Source: Squalus acanthias (Eukaryota). From it: a stretch of 64,000 nt of DNA. The stretch covers positions 59,832,001-59,896,000 of the forward strand of contig CM059438.1 of NCBI GenBank assembly GCA_030390025.1. The letters run 5' to 3'. A model generated the notes under the pieces. That model was not told the DNA's origin. It was given only the letters and a program-made list of their open reading frames with translations, and did no database searches. This document shows, piece by piece, positions 25,445 to 37,778 of the stretch (the first letter of the stretch is position 1; each line of letters starts with the position of its first letter). The position numbers were made by a program, and so were the translations under genes.

Positions 25445-28400
25445 TATAAGAACATATGAACATAAGAATTAGGAACAGGAGTAGGCCATACAGCCCCTTG
25501 AACCTGCTCTGCCATTCAGTAAAATCATGGCTGATCTTTGACCTCAACTCCACTTTCCTGCCTGATCCCCATATCCCTTGATTCACCTAGAGTCCAAAAA
25601 TCTATCGATCTCAGCCTTGAATATACTCAATGATTCAGCATCCACAGCCCTTTGGGGTTAGAGAATTCCAAAGATTCACAACCCTCTCAGTGAAGAAATC
25701 CCTCCTCATCTCAGTCTTAAAAGGCTGACCCCTTATCCCTATGCAGGCTCTTATGTGTTCTCCTCACAGCTTACTGTTCCACCTAGCTTTGTATCGTCAG
25801 CAAACTTGGATGCATTACACTCAGTCCCTTCATCTAAGTCATTAATATAGATTGTAAATAGCTGAGGCCCCAGCACTGATCTTTGTGGCACCCCAGCCTG
25901 CCAACCTGAAAATGACCAGTTTATTCCTACTCTCTGTTTTCTGTCCATTAACCAATCCTCTATCCACACTAATACATTACACCCAACCCCAAGAGCCCTT
26001 ATCTTGCACAGCAACCTTTTATGTGGTACTTTATCGAATGCCTTTTGAAAATCCAAATATACTGCATCCACTGGTTCCCCTTTATCTACCCTACCAGTTA
26101 TATCCCCAAAAAACTCTAACAAATTTGTCAAACACGAGTTCCCTTTCATAAAACGATGCTGACTCTGTCAAATCATATTATGATTTTCTAAGTGCCCTGT
26201 TGCCACTTCCTTAATAATGGATTCCAGCATTTTCCCGAAGACCGATGTCAGGCTAACTGGCCTGTAGTTCCCTGTTTCCTCTCTCTCTCCTTTCTTGAAT
26301 AGCGGGGTTACATTCGCTACCTTCCAAACTGCTGGGACCGTTCCAGAATTTTGGAAGATCACAACCAATGCATCCACTATCTCTGCAGCCACCTCTTTTA
26401 GAACCCTAGGATGTAGGCCGTCAGGTCTAGGCAATTTGTTGGCTTTTAGTCCCATTAGTTTCTCAATACTTTTTCTCTACTGATATTAATTACTTTAAGT
26501 TCCTCACTCTCATTAGCCCCTAGGTTCCCCTACTATTTCTGGTATGCTTTTTCTGTCTTCTACTGTGAAGACAGATACAAAATATTTGTTTAAAGTCTCT
26601 GCCATTTCCTTGTTTCCCAATATAATTTCTCCTGTCTCAGCCTCTAAGGAACCAACGCTTTCTTTTGCTACTCTCTTCCTTTTTACATACTTGTAGAAGC
26701 TTTTACAATCTGTTTCATATTTCTTGGTAATTTACTCTCATATTCTATTTTCTCCATTTTAATCAATTTTTTGGTCATCCTTTGCTGGTTTCTAAAGTGC
26801 TCCCGATCCTCACGCTTACCACTATCCTTTGCAACATTATAAGCCTCTTTTTTTAATCGAATTCTATCCTTAACTTCTTTAGTTAGCCACAGATGGATCA
26901 CTTTTCCCGTGGATATTTTTATTTCTCAGTGGAATGTATATTCGTTGAGAATTTTGGAATATTTCTTTAAACGTCTGCCACTGCTTATCTACTGTCATAC
27001 CTTTTAATCTAATTTCCCAATCTACCATAGCCAACTCGCCCCCATAGCTATGTAATTGGCTTTATTAAAATTTAAGGGGGAAAATTTCGGTCGCGCCCCT
27101 TTGGGGCGCTAACTTCGCCGGAGCACTACTTTTAGCACCCCAAATAGTTAGTGCCCCTGTGCCGTGAATTCAGTGGTAGCGCCCCAAGCAGGAGGCAGGG
27201 CACTACTGGAAGCTCTTCCCCTCCTTCCTGGAGCGCTACCACTCAATATCACGGTGCTGCAGCGCCACGCACATCGGCACGTAGCGCCGCGGTATTACAG
27301 GCCTCCCTCCCCTGACTAAAGCACCGGGGTGCTGCTAGACCACCGGGGAGCGGGGTGCCAGTAAAACAGCCCTGGCACTCAAGAGGAGTGCCGGGCTGAC
27401 CGATCGCGGCCGGCACCCTGCATGAGGAAGCAAAACAGGGCAGATGCTGGCAGGCGGGCCAAAAAAAAGGCCACCCGGCCGCAAAAACACCACCCTGACC
27501 TTGTCGGACATATTGTCCAGCGGTAGGTCAGGGGGTGCAACTGAAGTTTGCAGCCGGGGCGCGAGCGGGGCACTGCGCATGACAATGATGTCATCGCTGG
27601 AGGCACAGCGCCACGGGGGGCTACCGGCTACTTCCGCCGCTAACCTCCCACTGAATTTCGCAAGAGGCATTAGCGGTGCTGCACCCAGGCACTAGGGGCT
27701 TTGCACCCTGTTAGCACCCCGATTTTTCCCCCTAAGACTCTAGTATGTCACTCTCAAATTCAATGTGAAATTCTATCATATTATGATCACTCTTCCCTAG
27801 AGGATCCTTTACTATGAGATTACTAATTAACCCTAACTCATTACACAAAACAAGATCTAAATTAGCCTGTTCCCTGGTTGGTTCCATGACATATTGTTCT
27901 AGGAAATTGTTTCGAGTGCATTCCATGAGCTCGTCCTCTAGCCTGCCCATGCCAAATTGATTTGCCCAGTCTATATGAAGATTAAAATCCCCCACGATTA
28001 TTGCATTACCTTTGTTACAAGTTCCTATTATTTCTTGATTAATACTCTGTCCAATGGTATAGCTACTGTTTAGGGGCCTATAAACTAATCCCACCACTGT
28101 TTTCTGCCCTTTGTTATTTCTTATCGCCACCCATATTGATTCTAATTGCTGATCTTCCGAGCCAAGATCCTTTCTCACTACTGTCCTTATGTCATCCTTT
28201 ATTATCAGGGCTACCCCTCTCCTTTTCCATTCTGCCTGTCTTTTCGAAACATCAAGTACCCTGGAGTATTTAGTTCCCAACTTTGGTCACCTTGCAACCA
28301 CATCTCTGTAATGGCTATTAGATCATATCCATTTATCTCTAATTGTAGCACTAATTTGTCGATCTTGTTACAAATGCTTCGTGCATTCAGGTAAAGAGCC

Positions 28401-30150
28401 TTTAGTTTTAATTTCTTACCATTATTCCCTGCTTTCACCTTATTCGCTAATGCACTATTGCCTTTAAACTCGCTGTCTCTTCCTCTCACACACTGCTTAT
28501 CTTTATCCAATTCACTACACTGCTCTATTGCCTTGACTTTTCTCTCTAGATTACTGAATTTCCTCTCACCTGCCTCCTCTTCCCCTTTTTAGTTTAAGGC
28601 CCTAGTTATTCGATTTGCCAGGACACTGGTCCCAGCCCAGTTTAAGTGGAGCCCGTCCCAACAGAACAGCACCCTCTTTCCCAGTACTGGTGTCAGTGCC
28701 CCATGAATCGAAATCCCTTGCTCCCACACCACTCTTTGAGCCATGCATTTAACTCTCTGATCTGCTCATCCCTATGTAATTTGCGTGTGGCTCAGGTAGA
28801 AATCCAGAGATTATTATCTTTGAGGTTCTGCATATTAATTTAGACTCTAGCTCCTCAAACTCCCTCAACAGAACCTCATTCTTACTTCTACCTATGTCGT
28901 TGGTTCCTACGTGGACCACGACAACTGGATCCTCCCCCTCCCACTCCAAGTTCTTCTCCAGCCATGAGGAGATGTCCTTAACCCTGGCAACACAGCCTTC
29001 GGGACTCCCGGTCCTGGCTGCAGAGAACAGTATCTATCCGCCTGACTATACTGTCCCCTACCACTACTACATTCCTTTTTACTCTCCCCACTTGAATGGC
29101 CTCCTGTACCACTGTGCTGTACTCAGTTTGCCCATCCTCCCTGCAGTCCCTGTTCTCAACCATGCAGGTAGCAAGTACCAAGTACCTGTTGGATAAGGTC
29201 AAGGGCTGACGCTCCTCCATCACTACATCCTGGCTCCCCATACCATCCTGACATGCAGTCACAACCTCCTGTCCCTGACCATTGACTAACGCTAAAGAAC
29301 TACTTAACCTCAGGGGTGTGACTGCCTCCTGGAACAAATTGTCCAGGTAACTCTCACCCTCCCTGATCCATCGCAGTGTCTGCAGCTCGGACTCCAGCTC
29401 AACAACTCTGAGCTGAAGTTCCTCGAGTTGCAGACACTTACCGCAGATGTGGTTGCTTGGGATCTTGCTGCCCTCCACCAACTCCCACATGCGGCAGTTA
29501 CGACACACCACCTGCCCTGCCATCTCTAACCTTGTTTTATTTATATAATTAGTTAAAGATTTTATTCAATCGATTATTTTTAGTTTTAATTATTAAGTTA
29601 TTAAACTAGTTTGTTATTAATTGTACAAATAGCAGTTATTATTCCCCCAGCTCTTAATTTAACCCACTACCCTAACTTAGAGAGCAAAAAAGCTGCAATA
29701 CTCACCAACCAATCACCTTCCTGCTGCCCTGTGACATCACTTGGTGATTTTTTTTTAATCCACTGATCTGCCCCTACTGCTCACAGTGAGTTTATTTATT
29801 TAATTAAAATTAGGTAGACAGCTTTTGTTAAAAAGCAAATTACTTACTGTTTACTCACTCGATTTGCTCAGACTCAAAGCTCCTGTTTCGTGCTCTCCAT
29901 GACGTCACTTTTTCAGATTTTCCCTTGCGTTAGTTTCACTGCCCGCTCTTCTCAAACTAAATTTTAAAGTCGTGATTAATTATTCTGAATATTTATTTAA
30001 CGATTTATTTATAGTTAAGTTAAAAAAAAGTGTGTGTATAGTCAGTTAAATACTTCACTCAATTTGCTCCGGATCCGCTGCCGATTATGACGTCACTGTG
30101 TGATTTTTCTCCGGGTTTGTTTCACTGCCGCGCGACTCCTTTTAAACTCT
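25445..30150 (-). mobile_element. Second, more decayed near full-length CR1 (different subfamily) with an internal deletion near the 3' end
   Basis: ORF1 remnants 28749-29523 (CRNC..CGKC, VVGDSIVR, HVGTND); ORF2 remnants 25751-28510 (NARSI, GDFN, SDHN, DFQKAFD, FADD); GAACATAAGAA tail at ~25445. Confidence 0.88.
27076..27732. mobile_element. GC-rich PIF/Harbinger-like MITE inside CR1 ORF2
   Basis: TAA|GGGGGAAAATTTCGG...CCGATTTTTCCCCC|TAA: short TIRs and 3-bp TAA TSD. Confidence 0.82.
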
Positions 30151-30267
30151 CCTGTACTCGTCTAGTTTCCTTTTGAAAGCATCTAAGCTATTTTCCTCAA
30201 CCACTTCCTGTGATGGAGAGTTTCACATTCTCAGCACACTCTGCTGTCCACAATTTACATTAACCAT

Positions 30268-31183
30268 TTAGACTTTGGAATCAAAAACTATTTCTAAATT
30301 TGCGGATGATACCAAATTGGGCAGGATAATCAATACTGAGGAGGACTGCAACAAGTTACAGGAGGACATTAATAAACTTGCAGAATGGGCATATAATTGG
30401 CAAATGAAGTTCAACACAGATAAATGTGAGGTATTACATTTTGGTAGGAAGAATAGGGAGGTCACTTATCACTTGGAGGGTGCGAGTCTAGGTGGTGTAG
30501 AGGAACAAAGGGATCTCAGGGTACAAATATACAAATCACTAAAAGTTGCGACACAGGTTAGCAAGGCCATAAAAAAAGCAAACCAAGCACTAGGGTTTAT
30601 TTCTAGAGGGATAGAATTGAAAAGTAGGGAAGTTGTGCTAAACCTGTATCGAACCTTGGTTAGACCACACTTAGAGTACTGCGTACAGTTCTGGTTGCCA
30701 TATTATAAAAAGGATAGAGGCACTGGAGAGGGTACAGAGAAGATTTACAAGGATGATACCAGAAATGCGAGGGTTTACATATCAGGAAAGTATGAACAGG
30801 CTGGGGCTCTTTTCTCTTGAAAAAAGAAGGCTGAGGGGTGACCTAATAGAGGTCTTTAAAATTATGAAAAATTTTGATAGAGTGGATACAGAGAGAATGT
30901 TTCCACTTGTGGGGAAGAGCATAACTAGAGGCTATCAATATAAGATAGTCACCACGAAATCCAATAGAGAATTCAGAAGAAACTTCTTTACCCAAAGAGT
31001 GGTGAGAATGTGGAACTCGCTACCACAGGAAGTGGTTGAAGCAAATAGTATAGATGCATTTAAGGGGAGGCTAGGACAAGCATATGAGGGGAAAAGGACT
31101 CAAGGGTTACGCTGATAGATTTAGATGAGGAAAGACGGGAGGAGGCCTGTTTCTGTGCCGTATATCCTATGTAATCCTATGTA
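30268..31183 (+). mobile_element. CR1 3' fragment
   Basis: ORFs 30275-30820 (SKFADDTKLG) and 30753-31115; (ATCCTATGTA)n tail. Confidence 0.9.
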
Positions 31184-31264
31184 AAGAAATTTCTCCTTAT
31201 TTCCCTATTGGATTTATTAGTAACTATCTTGTATTTATGGACCCTAGTTTTGGATTCTCCCACA

Positions 31265-33492
31265 AGAATCATAGAATCATAGAATGGTTACAGCACAGAA
31301 GGAGGCCGGGCCTATTCGGCCCGTCGAGCCTGTGCCGGCTCTCTGCAAGAGCACTTCAGCTAGTCCCACTCCCCCGCCCTTTCCCCGTAGCCCTGCAAAA
31401 TGTTTTCCTTCAGGTACTTATCCAATTCCCTTTTGAAAGCCACGATTGGATCTGCCTCCACCACCCTTTCAGGCAGTGCATCCCAGATCCTAACCACTCG
31501 CTGCGTAAAAAAGTTTTTCCTCATGTCGCCTTTGGTTCTTCTGCCAATCACCTTAAATCTGTGTCCTCTGGTTCTCAACCCTTCCGCCAATGGGAACAGT
31601 TTCTCTCTATCTACTCTGTCCAGACCCCTCATGATTTTGATCATCTCGATCAAATCTCCTCTCAACCTTCTTTGCTGTAAGGAGAACAACCCCAGCTTCT
31701 CCAGTCTATCCTCGTAACTGAAGTCCCTCATCCCTGGAACCATTTTTGTAAATCTTTTCTGCACTCTCTCTAAGGCCTTCACATCCTTCCTAAAGTGCGG
31801 TGCCCAGAATTGGAAACAATACTCCAGTTGAGGCCAAACCAGTGTTTTATAAAGGTTCATCATAACTTCCTTGCTTTTGTACTCTATGCCTTTTTTTATG
31901 AAGCCCAGGATCCCGTATGCTTTTTAGTCGCTTTCTCAACCTGTCCTGCCACTTTCAACGATTTGTGCACATATACCCCCAGGTCTCTCTGTTCATGCAC
32001 CCCCTTTAGAATTGTACCTGTTTAGTTTATATTGCTTCTCCTAGTTCTTCCTACCAAAATGTATCACTTATCACTTTTCTGCGTTAAATTTCATCTGCCA
32101 CGTGTCTGCACAATTCCACCAGCCTGTCTATGCCCTCTTGAAGTCTATCACTATCCTCCTCACTGTTCACTATACGTCATCTGCAAATTTTGAAATTGTG
32201 CCCTGTACACCCAAGTCCAAGTCATTAATATATATCAAGAAAAGCAGTGGTCCTAGTACCGACCCCTGGGGAACACCACTGTAGTCCAGTCCGAAAAACA
32301 ACAGTTCACCACTACTCTCTGTTTCCTGTCACTTAGCCAATTTGGTATCCATGCTGCCACTGTCCCTTTTATTACATGGACTTCAACTTTGCTGGCAAGC
32401 CTATTATGTGGCACTTTATCAAATGCCTTTTGGAAGTCCATGTACAGCACATCAACCGCATTGCCCTCATCAACCCTCTCTATTACCTCATCAAAAAACT
32501 CAATCAAGTTAGTTAAACACAATTTGTCTTTAACAAATCCATGCTGGCTTTCTTTAATTAATCCACACTTGTCTAAGTGACTCTTAATTTTGTCCCGGAT
32601 TATCGTTTCTAAAAGCTTCCCCACTACCGAGGTTAAACTGACTGGCCTGTATTTGCTGGGTTTATTCTTACACCCTTTTTTGAACAAGGGTGTAACATTT
32701 GCAATTCTCCAGTCCTCTGGCACCACCCCCATATCTAAGGAGGATTGGCCAGTACCTCTGCAATTTCCACCCTTACCTCCCTCAGCATCCTAGGATGCAT
32801 CCCATCCAGTCCTGGTGACTTATCTAATTTAAGTACTGCAAGTCTTTCGAGTACCTCCTCTTTATCAATTTTTATCCCATCCAGTATCTCAACTACCTCC
32901 TCTTTCACTATGACTTTGGCAGCATCTTCTTCCTTGATAAAGACAGATGCAGAGTACTCATTTAGTACCTCAGCCATGCCCTCTGCCTCCATGCGTAGGT
33001 CTCCTTTTTGGTCCCTAATCGGCTCCACCCCTCCTCTTACTGCCCGTTAATTATTTATATGCCTATAGAAGACCATTGTGTTCCCTTTTATGTTAGCTGC
33101 CAGTCTATTCTTGTACTCTCTCTTTGCCCCTCTTATTTCCTTTTTCACTTCCCCTCTGAACTTTCTATATTCAGCCTGATTTTCACTTGTATTCTCAACC
33201 TGACATCTGTCATATGACCCCTTTTTCTGCTTCATCTTACTCTCTATCTCTTTCGTCATCCAGGGAGCTCTGGCTTTGGTTGCCCTTCCTTTCCCCCTAG
33301 TGGGAATGTAACCGAAACATCTCCTCTTTAAAGGCAGCCCATTGTTCGATTACAGTTTTGCCTGCCAATCTTTCATTCCAATTTACCCGGGCTACATCTG
33401 TTCTCAACCCACTGAATTTGGCCCTCGTGCAATGAAGTATTTTTACTCTAGATTGCTCCTTGTCCTTTTCCATAGCTAATCTAAACCTTATG
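31265..33492 (-). mobile_element. 5'-truncated CR1 LINE
   Basis: Minus ORFs 31360-31863, 32253-32732, 32735-33028 and 33047-33259 with RT motifs; (AGAATCAT)n tail. Confidence 0.9.
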
Positions 33493-33774
33493 AAGCATTC
33501 TCTCCACATCTACCCTGTCCAACCCATTCATAATTTTGAAGACTTTTTTCAGTTCACCTCTAATTCAAAAGAAAAAAGCCCCAACCTGTTCAATTTTACC
33601 CGATAGCCATAGCAGAGCAGAAGGAGAAGAACATACTCTCCAGATGGCTAAACTTGAAAGGCATTGGCAGCAGCCATGAAAAATGTCTGGACAGAAGCAT
33701 TTGGAATTTTGCAGAAGACTCCACAAGCCTGTTTCAGCATTCCTTGTGGACCAGGAGGTGCAGCAATACTTCCC

Positions 33775-33980
33775 CCAGCCCTCAGGATCACGGGCCTCCC
33801 CCCACCACCCCCCACCCGACCCCAGCCCTCCCGATCGTGGGCCTCTCCCCCCACCCGACCGCGGGCCTCCCCCCCACCCCCCCCCCCCCCCACCCGACCC
33901 CAGCACTCCCGATCGTGGGCCTCTCCCCCCACCCGACCGCGGGCCTCCCCCCCACCCCCCACCCGACCCCAGCCCTCCCA
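33775..33980. repeat. C-rich ~60-bp tandem repeat (about 3 units)
   Basis: CCCACCCGACCCCAGC(C/A)CTCCC recurs three times with poly-C tracts. Confidence 0.8.
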
Positions 33981-33981
33981 A

Positions 33982-35450
33982 TTGTACAAAGCGTTGGTGA
34001 GACCACACCTGGAGTACTGCGTACAGTTTTGGTCTCCTTATTTAAGGAAGGATATACTTGCATTGGAGGCAGTTCAGAGAAGGTTCACGAGGTTGATTCC
34101 GGAGATGAAGGGGTTGTCTTATGAAGAAAGGTTGAGCAGGTTGGGCCTATACTCATTGGAGTTTAGAAGAATGAGAGATGATTTTTATGAAACATAGGAA
34201 AAATTTGGTTGCTTTGCACCTCCCGTTAGCGTCCTAAGAGGCCACTAATGGGGCACAAAGCAACTAGCGCCTGGGCACGGCGATGTTTGCGCCGCTCGTG
34301 AAATTGGCCAGACATTTTGCGGCGGTGCTAAACACTACCGCCGCGATCTCCTGCACCCGCAGATTGTGACGTCAGTCAAGCGTGCAACGCCCCGGTAGCG
34401 CCCCGGACCGGATATTGAGTGGCGCCCCCTGCCTTTCCGCCTGCCGCTAGCAACGACAGGTTGAGGGGAACGTTTTGCAGTCGGGAATGGACTGGGGGAG
34501 CACTATTTAAAGGCGACCGCTTCCTGCCTTTTTTTGTCGGCGACATTTTTGCACCACACATTCTGAGAGAGAGAGACTTCTGGAGAGATTCAACGCTGTG
34601 TGAAAGAGTTTTGGGTACTGAGCAGCTTTGCCGGTTCATTTTGATTTGACCTTCCTTGCATCGATTTAGAAGAGACTATGCACTCTGAGCTCTTTCCCTG
34701 GGCCTCTCCATTGTTCTTTCCAGCAGATTTGATATACAGGTCTCTCCAGGCCGAGATTCAAGGCTGCAATGAGCAGGGTGTGGATGGAGAGCAAGATCGA
34801 CCCTCCCCTTTAAGAACTGGCCGGCGCCAGTGTGTGTGTGTTCCTTTGCTGACTGACATCACATGAGCTTCGCCAGTGCTCTGAGGTAGCGCCTTGCTCC
34901 TCGGCGTTAGCACCTTAAGAGAGGTGTGTAGCGCCTGATTTAGCACTCCAATCACCTCCAGGGGCGATAGAAGCCAAGTTTGCAGTCGGAGGCGATAATT
35001 AGCACCAGGCGCTAAACTTTGCGCCCGGCTGATAACTGTGCCCCAAACGGGACGATACCGAATTTCTCCCCCATAAGATTCTGAAGGGGCTTGACAGGGT
35101 AGATGCAGAGAGGATGTTTCCCCTCGTGGGGGAATCTAGAACTAGGGGGCATAATTTCAGAATAAGGGGGCACCCTTTTAAATCAGAAATGAGGAGGAAT
35201 TTCTTCTCTCAGAGGGTCGTGAATCTTTGGAATTCTCTTCCCCAGAGAGCTGAGGAGGCTGGGTCATTGAATATATTTAAGGTGGAGCTAAACAGATTTT
35301 TGAAAGGTAAGGGACTCAATGGTTATGGGGAGCGGGCAGGGAAGTGGAGTTGAGGCCAAGATCAGATCAGCCATGATCTTATTGAATGGCGGAGCAGGCT
35401 CAAGGGGCCAAATGACCTACTCCTGCTCCTACGTCTTATGTTCTTATGTT
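33982..35450 (+). mobile_element. CR1 3' fragment split by a Harbinger-like element
   Basis: [23 protein letters not shown] before the insertion and MFPLVGESRTRGH after it; (TTCTTATG)n tail. Confidence 0.88.
34197..35072. mobile_element. GC-rich PIF/Harbinger-like element, copy 2
   Basis: Homologous to 5539-6432; ATA duplicated at 34194-96 and 35073-75. Confidence 0.8.
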
Positions 35451-35487
35451 CTAATATTTATATATATAATATAAATAATATAGGACA

Positions 35488-35908
35488 TAGGTTGTCTTAT
35501 GAGGAAAGATTGAGTAGAATGGGCCTATATTCTCTGGAGTTTAGAAGAATGAGAGGTGATCTCATTGAAACATATAAAATTCTTAGAGGGCTTGACAGGG
35601 TAGATGTTGTTTCCCCTGGCTGGAGAGTCTAGAACGAGGGGTCATAGTCTCAGGATAAGGGATTGGTCATTTAGGACTGAGATGAGGAGAAATTTCTTCA
35701 TGCAGAGGGTTGTAAATCATTGGAATTCTCAAGCCCATAGGGCTGTGGATGCTCGGTCATTGAGTATATTCAAGGCTGAGATCGATAGATTTAGGGAATC
35801 AAGTGATACGGGGATAGTGGAGTTGAGGTCGAAGATCAGCCATGATCTTATTGAATGGTGGACCAGACTCGAAGGGCCGTATGGCCTACTCCTGCTCCTA
35901 TTTCTTAA
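35488..35908 (+). mobile_element. CR1 3' fragment
   Basis: [31 protein letters not shown] plus 3' UTR. Confidence 0.85.
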
Positions 35909-36338
35909 GGTAGTAACAGTGCACTTCATGGCAATTCATTGTGTGTGATGATCTTGGGATGTTTCCATTAGATGTGCTGAGGGTCTCTACAGGTGTAAGT
36001 GTTTCTTTCTTTCATCTGGAGAACATCTCCTACATGAGGCAGGATATACAGAATTGTAGGAGCAATTGCATATGCCAGAACAGGAGAAGCACAGTGATAG
36101 GGTGGGGCGAGGCCATGGAGGGATTTGAACACAGGGGTGATGGGCAAACAGGACTTGGTCCCAGTTAGGACACAGGCAGCAGAGGTTTGGATGAGCTCAA
36201 GTTTACGGTGATGGGGAGGTGGGAGTCCATCCAGTAGAGCATTGGATTAGACAGTAGATGCTGTGGGTCGTGCGTGCGGGCCGCGCTGTCCCGTGCCCTG
36301 TGCTCTTTGTAAATGACCCCACTGTTGTTCGCCTGCAG

Positions 36339-36587
36339 GTCATTTCACACAGCTGGTTTGGAGAGACTCCAAGGATTTCGGGGTTGGCCTGGCATCTGAC
36401 GGCAAAGGTCGCACCGTGGTGGTGGCTCAGTTCGACCCGGCCGGCAACATCACCAACCCGGGCTACTTTGCTAAAAACGTGCTGCCCGTTGGTAGCAAAA
36501 TGAAGGAGGACGAGGGTGGGTCAGCCCAAGGAGAGAAGGTCAAGACACCTGGCGCACCAGGAACAAGCCAGGTGGCACCAGTGTCAG
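36339..36587 (+). CDS. CAP domain 2 exon C plus linker (249 nt)
   Basis: cctgcag| ... |gtacgg; GHFTQLVWRDSKDFGVG...VVVAQFDPAGNITNPGYFAKNVLPVGSKMKEDEGGSAQGEKVKTPGAPGTSQVAPVS; 11 nt differences from exon C1. Confidence 0.94.
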
Positions 36588-36810
36588 GTACGGGTTTTGT
36601 TCTCTAAAAAACACCCACACCTCCTGTCAGAGAATTGAAAACAATGGTTGATACGGGACAGCCCAGCCCAACCGCCCCAAGGGTGAGTGCGGGTAGCTCC
36701 TGAGTGCTCTGACAGGAGTCCAAGGGAGCTTTGTTTACACGGTCTTCAGAGCAGTCCACTGACTGAGGCTTCTACAGATGAACTGACAGCGACACAGTGA
36801 GGGAAACAAT

Positions 36811-37778
36811 GGCCCTGATATTTGCGGGGAGGGAGCGGGGGGAGCACAGGGAAAACCTGGTAAGTCCGGGGACTTGAAGGCCTTTACGATCAAAATGGCA
36901 GGGCCTCATTTAAACAATCTTCTGCAGACTCACGCGCGACAGCCGGACAAATCGACAGCCTGGCTGGCGGGCGGGAGCAGTAATTTGCAGCAGGAGGCCG
37001 CAGCCGGGAACCCCGGCAGTTAGCGAGGGGTCTGGCCGCGATTGGGGCAGGGTGGGGTGTATCCCGATTCAAGGAAGGCCCGAGGCTTCCTTGTGAGGCC
37101 CGGAGGAGCACTCCTGCCATCCTGCCCCTCCTACCCCTCCTACCGTCCAGCCCCTCCTGCCCCTCCTACCGTCCGGCCCCTCCTGGTCCTCCTGCCCTTC
37201 TGGCCCCTCCTGGTCCTCCTACCCCTCCTGCCCCTCCTACCCCTCCTGTCCCTCCTACCCCTCCTGGTCCTCCTACCCCTCCTGGTCCTCCTGCCCCTCC
37301 TGGTCCTCCTACCCCTCTGGCCCCTCCTGGTCCTCCTACCCCTCTGGCCCCTCCTGGTCCTCCCACCCCTCCGGCCCCTCCTGGCCCACAAAAAAACTGA
37401 AAATACATTTAAAACTTACCTACTGGGCCTCTCCTAGTCCAGCATCCAGCTCCCGGCAGGTTTTGCCTGACGTGGGAGCCGACACTGCCCCTGCCCCACT
37501 CTCAGACCTCTGGTTCAAATTGCAGATCGAGTCCTGGTGCCAGGATCAGACCCTATCTGCATATTTAAAGAAGAACTCCGCTTCCTTCCCGCGGGCGTCA
37601 CGCTCGCATGCTCAAGAGAGCAGGTTCTATTGGGGGAACGGTGGAAAGAAGCGGGATCAAAGGGAATAACTGAATCGCATTACTTTAACCGCAGCAACAC
37701 CCCCGCACCCACCCCCGCACTCCCCCCCCTCCCCCCCGGCACAGTTTCCACCAGGTGGGGGCAGTTAAAATCAGGGCC
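36811..37778. mobile_element. Harbinger-like non-autonomous element containing an expanded C-rich 9/18-bp repeat (37115-37385)
   Basis: AAT|GGCCCTGAT...ATCAGGGCC|AAT; absent from the paralogous intron position after exon C1. Confidence 0.75.

Noticed and set aside
33565..34197. Proline-rich / RGG-rich ORFs
   Set aside because: C-rich tandem repeat fused by chance to a CR1 fragment.
37042..37437. Protamine-like (RRGRR), Gly-Pro-rich and Leu-Pro-rich ORFs
   Set aside because: Alternative translations of a simple C-rich repeat inside a MITE.
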